A DNA stretch of 64,000 nucleotides, taken from the NCBI GenBank assembly GCA_963719505.1, contig CAVRCF010000005.1:320001-384000 (forward strand), in the 5' to 3' direction. Below are positions 28,350 to 38,295 of the stretch, piece by piece. The notes under the pieces were generated by a model. It had not been told where the DNA came from and ran no database searches. It was given only the letters and a program-made list of their open reading frames with translations. This stretch comes from Halobacteriovoraceae bacterium (GTDB lineage Bacteria; Bdellovibrionota; Bacteriovoracia; Bacteriovoracales; Bacteriovoracaceae). The translations under genes were made by a program, and so were the position numbers. Numbering within the stretch: position 1 is the first letter of the stretch; every line of letters starts with the position of its first letter.

Positions 28350-29551
28350 GACACAATTCTCGTTCGAATAGACTTGTCTAGTTTCTTAATTTCTTCTTCA
28401 AGGTTCTTAGCCTCTGACAACTTAACGTCGACAACGAGGTATCCAATATCTGGGTCTGTCGAAAGATACTGTCCTTCTATATTTGCACCGGAGGCGGAAA
28501 TTATATTATTAATTGCACTTAAAACACCAGGCTCGTTTCTATGAACGTTGAGAAGTCGAGAGCTGTCTCCTTTGAGAGGAAGGTCAACTTGTGGAAAATT
28601 AACCGAGCCATGACTTGAGCCAGCTTTTAAAAACCGTCTTATACTCTCCGAAACTTCACCCCCTATATTAACCTGAGCCTCTTCCGTGCTTCCTCCAATA
28701 TGGGGAGTTAAAATAACATTTCTCACGCCTTGGAGAACAGAGACAAATTCTTCCTCATTGGATGCTGGCTCACTTGGAAATACATCAATGGCACAACCAC
28801 CAAGATGACCACTCTCAATTGAAGCCTTGAGGTCCTCAATAACCACAACGGATCCGCGACTGGCATTTATGAGAAATGAGCCCTCTTTCATTTGCGAGAG
28901 TTCTTTTTTTGTTATCATATTTTTTGTCTCTGGAAGTTCTGGTACATGCAAGGTGACAAAATCACTTTGAGCGTAAAGCTGTTCCAATTCTAAGACTTGA
29001 GAGGCATTTCCAAGAGGCAGCTTTTTGACCACGTCATAAAAAATAACTTTCATTCCAAGGCCTTCGGCTAAAACGGAGACCTGACTTCCGATATGTCCAT
29101 AACCTACAATACCGATTGTCTTTCCTCTTACTTCGAAAGATCCTGTGGCAGTCTTACTCCATTTCCCCTGATGAGCAAACATTGAACGGTCTCCAATTTG
29201 TCTGGCCAGTGCAATCGCCTCTGAAATCACAAGCTCAGCGACACTTCTTGTATTGGAGTGAGGGGCATTAAAAACCGGGATAGCCGATGTCTTCGCTGCC
29301 TCGAGATCAACTTGATTCGTTCCAATGCAAAAACATCCTATGGTCAAAAGATGTGAATTCTTTTCGATAACTTTTTTTGTCATCTTCGTTTTTGAGCGTA
29401 TCCCTACGGCATCATAACCTGCAAGCTTAGTGAGAAGTTCTTCTTCGTCGGGGGCATAAGTGATAAGGTCAACATTAAAGCCACTTGCTTCCAAGTTCTC
29501 TTTAGCAAGGGGATGTATATTTTCACACAGAAGTATCTTTAATTTTTTCAC
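28346..29551 (-). CDS. serA: D-3-phosphoglycerate dehydrogenase with C-terminal ACT domain
   Basis: GCFCIGTNQVD, SNTRSVAEL, GIVGYGHIG, INASRG, TPHIGGSTEEAQ, HRNEPGVL. Confidence 0.95.
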   Translation of the reverse strand: MKKLKILLCENIHPLAKENLEASGFNVDLITYAPDEEELLTKLAGYDAVGIRSKTKMTKKVIEKNSHLLTIGCFCIGTNQVDLEAAKTSAIPVFNAPHSNTRSVAELVISEAIALARQIGDRSMFAHQGKWSKTATGSFEVRGKTIGIVGYGHIGSQVSVLAEGLGMKVIFYDVVKKLPLGNASQVLELEQLYAQSDFVTLHVPELPETKNMITKKELSQMKEGSFLINASRGSVVVIEDLKASIESGHLGGCAIDVFPSEPASNEEEFVSVLQGVRNVILTPHIGGSTEEAQVNIGGEVSESIRRFLKAGSSHGSVNFPQVDLPLKGDSSRLLNVHRNEPGVLSAINNIISASGANIEGQYLSTDPDIGYLVVDVKLSEAKNLEEEIKKLDKSIRTRIVS

Positions 29552-29693
29552 AAGTACCTGACTCCAAAAGTTGGTTTAATAGTATTACTAAGATTATTAT
29601 CAGTTTTTTTAATACTTCTGGCAAGAAACCCACCAGGATAATATAGGGTTAGAGTTATTTGCTAGGTGGCTCAATCTTCAGTGAATTGCTAGA

Positions 29694-30665
29694 ATGGAGA
29701 CAATGAAATACTGCATCTTTTTTATTCTCTTCACACAGCCAGCACTGGCCCAACCCCATTATAATATCAATATTGTGAATCGGTACCTCATTAAAGCTGT
29801 GTCCTCCATATTCACGACAGAAAAAGAAGTGAAAAGAACACTAACACCCGTGGGCTCACAAAACCAATGCTCTTTATCCCAGCTTGAACAGATGGAAAGC
29901 ACCAGTACCTATGGAGTGAAATCGTGGAAAGAGGCTAAAAGATATTTCCAGTGTTACGCCAATCATAGTCTCGATGAAAAACAGATAGAAATTATAAAAA
30001 TAGCATCCAAGCATTTTGGCATCAATGATATCATGATGGCTTGTCTCTTTTTAATGGAAAGCCGCTTTGACCCAAAAGCTCAAAGCCCTTACGCCAGTGG
30101 ACTTGCTCAGTTCACTCCCCAAACTTTATCCACCATTAAAAGTTGGAATACTATGCCATCGAACGCCAGTATTACAGCTTGTGAAAAAGATTTAAATGCG
30201 CAAGAGAAAATCTACTGCGCGAAAATTAAACAAAGGCGAAAGTTTTCCCTTCATTTTAAAAAAATAAATCAAAAGATGAAAACAACGGGTTTAATTCCCG
30301 GTGGAGTTAAGTTTAACCTATGGGATAAGTACTCCTCTATTGTTCTTTCAGCAATGTATATGAAAAAATTGATCGACAATGTTCGACTAAGAACCGAAGA
30401 TTTTGAAAGAAGCAATGATCCCCTTGAAAGCGAAATGAAAATAGTAAAAATGGCTTTGGCCGGTTATAATATGGGTGAAGGAAATGTTAACTCCAAAATA
30501 GAAAGACTTAAAACAACGGATGAAAATATCAACCTCACTATGGCCTTAAAAGAAGTTAAAAAGGTCTCCACTGAATCCGCAGGGCATATGGATGGCATTG
30601 AGAGATGTATCAGATCGAAAAATTTTGAAGGCCCAACTGAAAAAGAGAGGTATCAGGAATGCTAA
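29694..30665 (+). CDS. Secreted SLT-family lytic transglycosylase
   Basis: MESRFDPKA (catalytic Glu), ASGLAQFTPQT, ALAGYNMGEG; signal-peptide-like N-terminus. Confidence 0.8.
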   Translation: METMKYCIFFILFTQPALAQPHYNINIVNRYLIKAVSSIFTTEKEVKRTLTPVGSQNQCSLSQLEQMESTSTYGVKSWKEAKRYFQCYANHSLDEKQIEIIKIASKHFGINDIMMACLFLMESRFDPKAQSPYASGLAQFTPQTLSTIKSWNTMPSNASITACEKDLNAQEKIYCAKIKQRRKFSLHFKKINQKMKTTGLIPGGVKFNLWDKYSSIVLSAMYMKKLIDNVRLRTEDFERSNDPLESEMKIVKMALAGYNMGEGNVNSKIERLKTTDENINLTMALKEVKKVSTESAGHMDGIERCIRSKNFEGPTEKERYQEC

Positions 30666-30985
30666 GAATCTTGTTATTTTTTCTTTTCATTAATGCTCAC
30701 GCCAGTGATTTAGAGTCTTGCTCGTTCAAAAACATTACTGAACTCGACTCCTTTGCCGCTACATCTTCCCAAGAGATAAAGCTCATCTTGGCGCCGCATC
30801 TTATAGAGAAAGAAGTTATTTTTGATAGTTGGCCTGTTCTTTGTGGCTCCATTCTTTTTGAACTGAAAAAGTCAGCGAGCAAAGAAATTTTTAAGAACTG
30901 GCAGGAATGTCTAAAGGGCAGAAAAGAGGTCGATACAAAGATATCGACCCAAATTAAAAAATGCGTTAAAAAAATACTTTTTTAG
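30659..30985 (+). CDS. Small secreted hypothetical protein
   Basis: Overlaps the SLT-gene stop; signal peptide ending AHA; four Cys. Confidence 0.6.
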   Translation: MLRILLFFLFINAHASDLESCSFKNITELDSFAATSSQEIKLILAPHLIEKEVIFDSWPVLCGSILFELKKSASKEIFKNWQECLKGRKEVDTKISTQIKKCVKKILF

Positions 30986-32718
30986 AGCCCAATCGAAGAT
31001 CCCTCTTCCCTTGGATCACTCACTCCTTGAAGACCTTTTTCAGTTTTAATAATGGCTTGGATTTTACAACCAAGATTTTTCCTACTTATTTTATGTCCCA
31101 TTTTTATGAGCTCTTGCTCAACCTCTTTAGAAAAACCAGGATCTCCAATGCGAATCTCCTCGGGCGACCACTGATGATGATAGCGAGTCGCACTTACAGC
31201 TTCCCAAAGAGGCATTTCGTGCTCAATAACATTGAGAATTGTTTGCATCACACAGGTTAGAATTCGGGTTCCACTTGGAGTCCCTAAAGCCAGAAGAGGC
31301 TTCCCCTCTTTATCAAAAACAATTGATGGACTCATTGAGCTCAGAGGTCTCTTTCTTGGTTCGACCAAATTATTCTTCCCACCAATAGCGCCAAAGAGAT
31401 TCACTCCCCCAATATGGGAAGCAAAGTCATCCATTTCGTTATTCATCACTACACCTGTTAGTGGAGTCACCATCGCACTACCAAACCATCCATTAATCGT
31501 CTGAGTGCTTGAGACAATATTTCCATCGCCATCCATTATCGTAAAGTGAGTCGTATCATCTGATTCATACATTAGTTCTCTAAAAGGAATGGGAAAATCT
31601 TTAGAGGATAATGCTTTGTTGAGTGGAATTTTTTTTCTCAAATTCTTTGCATATTTCTTATCAATAAGTTTATCGACAGGTACATTTGCAAAGTCACTGT
31701 CCCCCATATAAGCCGCTCTGTCAGCAAAGGCGATCTGCATAGCTGAACTGGTGAGATGAATGGCTTGTGACGATTGCACTCCCATGGCTTTTAGGTCATA
31801 GCCTTCAAGGATATTAAGGATTTCGACAATATGTGTTCCACCTGAACTTGGAGGCGGCATTGAAACAACTTTGTACCCTTTATATGTGCCCTCTATAGGC
31901 TCTCTATTTTTTACCTTATAGTTTTTGAGATCACTTAAGCGCAATAACCCACCCATCTGTTTTTGATAGTTTGATATTTGAATCGCTGTAAAATCCTCGT
32001 AAAATCCTTTCTTCCCTTTTTCAGCAATCTTTCTTAAAGTCAGGGCCAAGTCCTTTTGATAAAGAATCTCACCAGCAGCGTAAGGCTTACAATCTTTCTT
32101 TAAAAAAATGGCCTTAGATGCTGGGAATTGACAAAGTCGTGAAGCTTCCGCCTCCATGGCCTTGGAAAGAGCGGGATAGACTTTAAAGCCTTTTTCAGCC
32201 AAGTCAATTGCCGGTTGCATCACTTTGGCCAATGGAAGCTTTCCATATCTTTTATGAGTTTCTACTATTCCAGCAACAAGCCCGGGAGTCCCTACGGCCA
32301 AAGCGCCCGTGATGGACTTATCTCTAATTTGTTTTCCATTTTTGTCCAAAAACATTTTTGAATTTGCCATTCTTGGGGCCATCTCTCTAAAGTCAACGGC
32401 TTCAACTTTTTTTGTTTTCGCATGATGAATCATCATAAAACCACCGCCACCAATACCAGTCGAGTGAGGTCTCTCTACTGAGATTGCAAAACTCGCAGCC
32501 GTAGCGGCATCAAAGATATTTCCACTCATATCTAAGGCGTACTTTGCAGCTTTTGACGTCGCATTTCCTTGAGAGGAGATCATGTACTTTTTCCCAAAGG
32601 CTTCGTACTCAGAACGCTTATGTCCCTTTAATACTTGAGCAGATTTGAGTGATTTAAACTTATTGGTGCAAGAACTTCCAAGAAGTAGTGTGAGACTGAC
32701 AAACAGCATTATTTTCAT
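30982..32718 (-). CDS. ggt: Gamma-glutamyltranspeptidase (probable lipoprotein)
   Basis: STGIGGGGF, DFREMAP, PPPSSGG, autocleavage site DTTHF, NNEMDDF, PLSSMSP; lipobox-like GSSC. Confidence 0.95.
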   Translation of the reverse strand: MKIMLFVSLTLLLGSSCTNKFKSLKSAQVLKGHKRSEYEAFGKKYMISSQGNATSKAAKYALDMSGNIFDAATAASFAISVERPHSTGIGGGGFMMIHHAKTKKVEAVDFREMAPRMANSKMFLDKNGKQIRDKSITGALAVGTPGLVAGIVETHKRYGKLPLAKVMQPAIDLAEKGFKVYPALSKAMEAEASRLCQFPASKAIFLKKDCKPYAAGEILYQKDLALTLRKIAEKGKKGFYEDFTAIQISNYQKQMGGLLRLSDLKNYKVKNREPIEGTYKGYKVVSMPPPSSGGTHIVEILNILEGYDLKAMGVQSSQAIHLTSSAMQIAFADRAAYMGDSDFANVPVDKLIDKKYAKNLRKKIPLNKALSSKDFPIPFRELMYESDDTTHFTIMDGDGNIVSSTQTINGWFGSAMVTPLTGVVMNNEMDDFASHIGGVNLFGAIGGKNNLVEPRKRPLSSMSPSIVFDKEGKPLLALGTPSGTRILTCVMQTILNVIEHEMPLWEAVSATRYHHQWSPEEIRIGDPGFSKEVEQELIKMGHKISRKNLGCKIQAIIKTEKGLQGVSDPREEGSSIGL

Positions 32719-32843
32719 TTTTTATCCTTTAAAAAATTTTATTTATTCTATAGAAAAACTTTCCGCCCTGACAAATATTTCACCCCACTTTATTGAAATT
32801 AAAGAAGAAGTATAATAAAGGCTAACAATATAAGGAATTAATT

Positions 32844-34139
32844 ATGCTTCGCACCCTCTCTTTTCGACTCGCTGTTTCCTCACTCTTTTTTCTGATGGTC
32901 TCAGGCTGTGCACACAGACCGGCCCAAAGAAGTTTTGCTTCTAATAGCTCTACCCCATCAGGAATGATAAATGACTTTAGGGCCCACTCTCAAAAGTCAG
33001 AACTCGATAAAATTATAAAAAATGCAAATTACAGAAAAGATAGTTTCCTTCGTCCCAACAATGGCAAAGCTGTAAGGATGTGGATTAAATACTTTACCAC
33101 GAGAGGAAAAGGCAGCTACCAGAGATATCTTCAAAATGGAGAAAAATACAGACCATTGATTGAAAGAATCTTTGCCCAACACAATCTTCCCAGTGAATTG
33201 TACTTTGTGGGGCTTATCGAAAGCGGCTACTACTTAAAAGCAAAAAGTCATGCCGATGCAGTTGGACCGTGGCAATTTATTAAATCCACAGCGAAAAGGT
33301 ATGGCCTTAAAGTTCGCCACGACGTCGACGAGAGAAGAAACATCATAAAGGCCACTCATTCAGCGGCTCTATTTTTTGGTGACCTCTACAATATTTTTGG
33401 CTCTTGGGAGCTTGCTCTTGCGGCTTATAATGCTGGTGAATACGGAGTTATAAGAAGAATTAGAAAAGCAAAAACAAGAGATTTTTACAAGCTTTCTAAA
33501 ATGAAAAAGTTACCTAAGGAGACAAGAAACTATGTTCCAAAGGTTCTTGCAGCGATGCACGTTTATAGAAATTCTAAAAGATATGGCATCAATATCCCAA
33601 GATATAGAAACGATCACTATAAAGATCTTAAGAAAGTCATCGTCAGAAGATCGACATACACAAAAGATTTAGCTAAAAAATATTCAATTAGTCACTCCAC
33701 TTTAAAGACTCTAAATTTTGGTCTAAAAAGAAACGCTACTCCATCGACGACTTACACTTTGTATATTCCCTCAAATAGTCGAGTGACCAACTTCAAACCC
33801 AAAACAGTGCCAAAAAGAAGAAGAGTTATAGCGTCAACAAAAAGTCATAAAGTCTACAGAGTTAAAAGTGGAGACAATCTTACGTGGTTGGCCAAAAAAT
33901 ATAAAACAACAATATCCAATTTGGTTAGGCTAAATGGTCTAAAGAGAAGAACAATTAACATAGGTCAAAGACTTAAAGTTCCTACTCATAGTATAAAAAC
34001 CTATACGGTTAGATCTGGTGATTTCCTCCTAAAGATTGCAAAGCGACACAAGCTTAGTATCTCAAAATTAAAAAAGATTAATGAGATGAAATCGACAAAA
34101 ATTTTTCCAGGACAGACACTGATTGTTTCAGCTAACTAA
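32844..34139 (+). CDS. MltD-like lytic transglycosylase with two C-terminal LysM domains (lipoprotein)
   Basis: Lipobox VSGC; IESG, AVGPWQF, LALAAYNAGE, ETRNYVPK; LysM repeats YRVKSGDNL and YTVRSGDFL. Confidence 0.9.
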   Translation: MLRTLSFRLAVSSLFFLMVSGCAHRPAQRSFASNSSTPSGMINDFRAHSQKSELDKIIKNANYRKDSFLRPNNGKAVRMWIKYFTTRGKGSYQRYLQNGEKYRPLIERIFAQHNLPSELYFVGLIESGYYLKAKSHADAVGPWQFIKSTAKRYGLKVRHDVDERRNIIKATHSAALFFGDLYNIFGSWELALAAYNAGEYGVIRRIRKAKTRDFYKLSKMKKLPKETRNYVPKVLAAMHVYRNSKRYGINIPRYRNDHYKDLKKVIVRRSTYTKDLAKKYSISHSTLKTLNFGLKRNATPSTTYTLYIPSNSRVTNFKPKTVPKRRRVIASTKSHKVYRVKSGDNLTWLAKKYKTTISNLVRLNGLKRRTINIGQRLKVPTHSIKTYTVRSGDFLLKIAKRHKLSISKLKKINEMKSTKIFPGQTLIVSAN

Positions 34140-34157
34140 TATTTAAAAGAGAAAAAA

Positions 34158-35033
34158 ATGACCGACACCCAGGTTGAGACAAAAACCATCTTAATTGTTG
34201 AACCAGATGATGAGATAAGATCTGCACTGATCAGTGAGTTGCGATCTCAAACAACCTTTAAGTTCATCACAGCAAAAGATGGCATTGAAGCGTGTAGTAA
34301 AATTGAAAGACAAAAATTCCATCTCATTCTTACAGAGTACATTCTACCCAAAAGAGATGGACTTGATGTCATATCTGTTGCACGGGAAACAAAAGATAAT
34401 CACTTAACTCCTATTATGCTTTATTCAATAGAAATCGAAAAAGCCAAACTCTATACCAGAGCCGTTAAAAATCTTGAATATATTCAAAAACCCGTGGACC
34501 TCAATTTTATTATATTGAAGTTAAGACAACTAGTCGCTACTGATCCCACTAAAAAGAAATTTAGAATGGATGTCGACTTCATAAATCCTTTTATCGACTC
34601 AGCAGTCGAAACACTTCAAACCATGTGTAAGGCAGAAGATCTCAATCATCAAAAATCTTACCTACTTGAAAAAGAGACCCCCCTTGATATAGATATATCA
34701 GGAGTACTTGATATATCCTGTCCCTACTTCAAAGGGACTATTGCCATCTCATTTTCAAAAGATGTGTACAATAAGTTTGTGTCATCGATATTGGATGATG
34801 AATCAGCTTTAAAAACTAATCTCGATGATGCTGCCTCAGAGATGATAAATATAATCTATGGAAAAACAAAAGCCGATCTCAACAGCAGGGGATATTCTTT
34901 GAATAGGGCCATTCCAAAGGTGATAAAAGGCAAATCTCACAAAATCACAAATTCAAATGCGCCCATTATTATCTTGCCGTTTCAGTCAAACTCCGGTGAT
35001 TTCATGATTCAGATTTCCGTCAAAGCAACTTAA
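34158..35033 (+). CDS. Receiver-like domain fused to a CheX-family phosphatase domain
   Basis: N-terminal REC fold (ILIVE, DGIEA, LILTEYILPKRDG, YIQKP); C-terminal FINPFID, DISG and EMINIIYG (ExxN). Confidence 0.85.
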   Translation: MTDTQVETKTILIVEPDDEIRSALISELRSQTTFKFITAKDGIEACSKIERQKFHLILTEYILPKRDGLDVISVARETKDNHLTPIMLYSIEIEKAKLYTRAVKNLEYIQKPVDLNFIILKLRQLVATDPTKKKFRMDVDFINPFIDSAVETLQTMCKAEDLNHQKSYLLEKETPLDIDISGVLDISCPYFKGTIAISFSKDVYNKFVSSILDDESALKTNLDDAASEMINIIYGKTKADLNSRGYSLNRAIPKVIKGKSHKITNSNAPIIILPFQSNSGDFMIQISVKAT

Positions 35034-35041
35034 GAGACTTT

Positions 35042-36265
35042 ATGACAACTTTTTTTCAATTATTTATGATTTTAGCTATTTCTATAAATGTAGCCGCTGA
35101 TGACACTATTAAAATTGATGATCATCTCTTAGATATTCACTCCACACTGAAGTCAAACGAAGACATCAAAATCTCAATCCAAAAGGACTCAGTGGAGTGG
35201 TTTAGAACAAATGACGTCATCATGGAGGCGAAAGTAAGACTTTCAATTTCAAGTCAAAAAAGAAAAGGTCTTACTGTAAAGTACAAAGGAGCTGAGATAA
35301 ACTTGCAAGAAAGCAAGACACAATCCTTTACAACTGTCTTCTATCACCTTTTTGATACCGATAAAGTTCAAGTTTTAGATAGAAATAAAGTTATAGGCGA
35401 AATTTCTATTCGAAAAAACAAAGATATTTTAAGAGACCATATTGTAAGAGACTATTCGTGTCAGCAGTATGATTTTAAAGTCAAAGGAATAGCCAACGAG
35501 TTTTTCACTCTGGGTTGTAAAACTGTAAAGTATGGACAATTAGGACAAGAAAAAAGAATGGTTAAAGTCTTTTGGAAGTCGCCTGCTTATAAGCAAAACT
35601 CCACAGCCCACTTCACCACAAGTGATCCCGTTGTCATTTCCGTTGAAAATCACGAAGGTGAACAAAGCGAGATAGAGATTTCGGGAAATATTCCTAAGCG
35701 TTTTAAAAGATTGAACGTGGCCTACGGACTAGGCCCTTACGCCTTTGAAGCAACATTTGAAGGTGAACGTGCCCAAAGAAATACAACGGCTACAGACACT
35801 CCTATTGCTCCCGCGCTAATGCTCTATTTTAACTATCATGTTAACGACGATGCATCCATTCGCGGCTTTGATGCGGTTGTTTTTAGAGACTCAGTTTTTA
35901 ATAATATGGGAGCTTATTACGCAAATAATATATTTTACCTTGATAATAAACAGTTCTCCCTAACAACACTTCTCGGTGTACAGCATCTGTACTTTCAGTT
36001 TGAGGGAACAAAAAAGATCGTCAACAAGCCCATCTTTCCCCAAGGGCTTGAATTTAACTATAAAAATGCTTTTGGCCATGATGGCTATACCTTGGGAGCG
36101 GGTGCTTTTATTTCTCCATCAGACTCTTACGACTATCAAAACCTTTGGGTAAGATTTGGTAAGAACGTCTTTTGGGAACTCAATTATATTTACTGGGGAG
36201 AAAACGAGTTTAGTGCAAAAACCTGGGGAGTATCCGCCGGATTTCTTTTTGGAAGTTTTCTTTAA
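35042..36265 (+). CDS. Secreted hypothetical protein with a beta-barrel-like C-terminal half
   Basis: Signal peptide; aromatic/Gly-rich beta strands in the C-terminal half. Confidence 0.55.
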   Translation: MTTFFQLFMILAISINVAADDTIKIDDHLLDIHSTLKSNEDIKISIQKDSVEWFRTNDVIMEAKVRLSISSQKRKGLTVKYKGAEINLQESKTQSFTTVFYHLFDTDKVQVLDRNKVIGEISIRKNKDILRDHIVRDYSCQQYDFKVKGIANEFFTLGCKTVKYGQLGQEKRMVKVFWKSPAYKQNSTAHFTTSDPVVISVENHEGEQSEIEISGNIPKRFKRLNVAYGLGPYAFEATFEGERAQRNTTATDTPIAPALMLYFNYHVNDDASIRGFDAVVFRDSVFNNMGAYYANNIFYLDNKQFSLTTLLGVQHLYFQFEGTKKIVNKPIFPQGLEFNYKNAFGHDGYTLGAGAFISPSDSYDYQNLWVRFGKNVFWELNYIYWGENEFSAKTWGVSAGFLFGSFL

Positions 36266-37530
36266 CTCAAAAGAAAAATAACACCCATACTTACTATTCC
36301 AACGGTGATAAAAAGTATCAAACAATGAAAGAAAATATCTTTCAAAGATGCACCGACAACGCTCAATATTGGTAGGGCCCAAAAAGGTTGAATCATATTG
36401 GTCCACGCATCTCCCCAGGCGATCGCCATTGCCGCTTGGGCTTGGTCAACACCTAGAGTCTTTGCCGCTGATAAAATGATCGGTCCTTGAATGACCCACT
36501 GTCCACCTCCAGAGGGGACAAAGAAGTTTAAAACTCCCGCACTCAAATAAGTATTAACCAGAAAATTGTCTATTGTTGAAATGCTTATAAAGAATTGAGA
36601 AATATCTATCGCTAAACCACTTTTATCCATCACACTCATAAGCCCGGCGTAAAAAGGAAACTGCAAAAGAATTCCAAAGCTACTTGTAACAGATTTTTTA
36701 AATATTTTTTCATAACGATCACAACTTCCAGATAAAACAATCCCAAGAATTAAAAAGATAAAGATCATCATATTTAGATTTAAAGTCCTTCCATCCATAA
36801 AGAACCTCACCGCATAAACTAAAGCCATGGCTCCAATAGCAGTCACAAGAACTCTTGATAGTGGGCCTGGAGATGTCTCATCAGGGCTTCTTTGGTCAGA
36901 TTCAAGTGAAGATATATCCACTGGTGAAAACTTCATCTTGGAAAAAATAAAATTAACAACAACAACGGTCACCACGACGCAAACAAGGATCGCAATATTA
37001 AACGTCGAAAAGATTGTTGTTGATAAAGAGACACCAGTCTCAGTAAGTTTTAGTGGAATGGAGCCTGAAAGACCTCCATGCCATACTAAGAAACCAGAAT
37101 AGGCACTTGAGACCAGTAAATTGAAATTTACATCAGGAGAGTCTTTCGCAATTTTATTAACCACAATAGCTGACAAAACCAGACCGAATCCCCAGTTGAA
37201 ATAACATCCAATAATGGAGACAAAAGTTACACTCAAAACGGCGTAACTTGAGGTGGGTTGTTGAGGGAGAAGAAGATCGAGGAGGCGATTTGTAAAATGA
37301 GTTCTCGCAAGGGCTGACCCACACACCAACACAAGGGCCATCTGTGCCGAAAAGCTTAATAAATTAAAAAATCCATCACCCCAAAAATCAATGGCCTGTG
37401 CCATGGAAATATTCTCAATGGAGACACTTAATCCGAAAACGACAATGATGAGAATGAGAGCAAAAGTAAAGGCTGAGGGAAAAGAGCCTCCCCTAATCAA
37501 CGCAGTGAATCTATTGTTCGATTTAAGCAT
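36262..37530 (-). CDS. atoE: Short-chain fatty acid transporter (AtoE family)
   Basis: WGDGFFNLL, WHGGLSGSIPL, QFPFYAG, NFFVPSGGGQW, WGDAWTNMIQPFWALP. Confidence 0.9.
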   Translation of the reverse strand: MLKSNNRFTALIRGGSFPSAFTFALILIIVVFGLSVSIENISMAQAIDFWGDGFFNLLSFSAQMALVLVCGSALARTHFTNRLLDLLLPQQPTSSYAVLSVTFVSIIGCYFNWGFGLVLSAIVVNKIAKDSPDVNFNLLVSSAYSGFLVWHGGLSGSIPLKLTETGVSLSTTIFSTFNIAILVCVVVTVVVVNFIFSKMKFSPVDISSLESDQRSPDETSPGPLSRVLVTAIGAMALVYAVRFFMDGRTLNLNMMIFIFLILGIVLSGSCDRYEKIFKKSVTSSFGILLQFPFYAGLMSVMDKSGLAIDISQFFISISTIDNFLVNTYLSAGVLNFFVPSGGGQWVIQGPIILSAAKTLGVDQAQAAMAIAWGDAWTNMIQPFWALPILSVVGASLKDIFFHCLILFITVGIVSMGVIFLLS

Positions 37531-37588
37531 TTACTCTCCTAATCATAAAAGTTAGCATTACTATAAAAAATTAATTAAGGAGTCTCAA

Positions 37589-38293
37589 GTGAAGGGATTA
37601 AATAAAGTAGTAAATAATTATGATGAAGCTTTAGCAGGCCTTAAAGATAATATGACCTTGATGGTCGGAGGCTTTGGTTTATGCGGCATACCTGAAGGTC
37701 TTATTCAAAAAGTTCAAGATATTGGAGTAACGGGTCTTACCTGTATCTCCAATAATGCTGGAGTTGATGGATTTGGTCTGGGAAAACTCTTAGAGAAAAG
37801 ACAAATCGCTACAATGATCGGCTCTTACGTCGGAGAAAACAAACTCTTTGAGCAGCTTTTTTTAAGTGGTGAAATGAAAGTTATTCTCACGCCTCAAGGA
37901 ACACTGGCAGAAAAAATTAGAGCAGCCGGAGCAGGGATACCAGCCTTCTACACTGCGACAGGTTTTGGGACAGAAATTGCTAAGGGCAAAGAGACAAAAA
38001 ACTATAATGGAAAGAACTATATTTTAGAAGAAGCCTTTCCAAAAGCAGACTTCGCATTAGTTAAAGCCTGGAAAGCAGATCGTTACGGTAATTTAATATT
38101 TAAAAAAACCGCTGCAAATTTTAATCCCATGATCGCGACTGCTGGTAAGATTACAGTCGCTGAAGTTGAAGAAATTGTTGACCCATCGGATTTGGATCCA
38201 AATTTCATTCACACTCCTGGAATTTATGTAGATAGGGTTATCGTTGGAAAATTTGAAAAGCGAATTGAACAAAGAACGGTAAAAGGAAATTAG
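37589..38293 (+). CDS. scoA: 3-oxoacid CoA-transferase subunit A
   Basis: GGFGLCGIP, SNNAG, SYVGEN, PQGTLAE, NFNP, HTPGIYV. Confidence 0.9.
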   Translation: MKGLNKVVNNYDEALAGLKDNMTLMVGGFGLCGIPEGLIQKVQDIGVTGLTCISNNAGVDGFGLGKLLEKRQIATMIGSYVGENKLFEQLFLSGEMKVILTPQGTLAEKIRAAGAGIPAFYTATGFGTEIAKGKETKNYNGKNYILEEAFPKADFALVKAWKADRYGNLIFKKTAANFNPMIATAGKITVAEVEEIVDPSDLDPNFIHTPGIYVDRVIVGKFEKRIEQRTVKGN

Positions 38294-38295
38294 AA

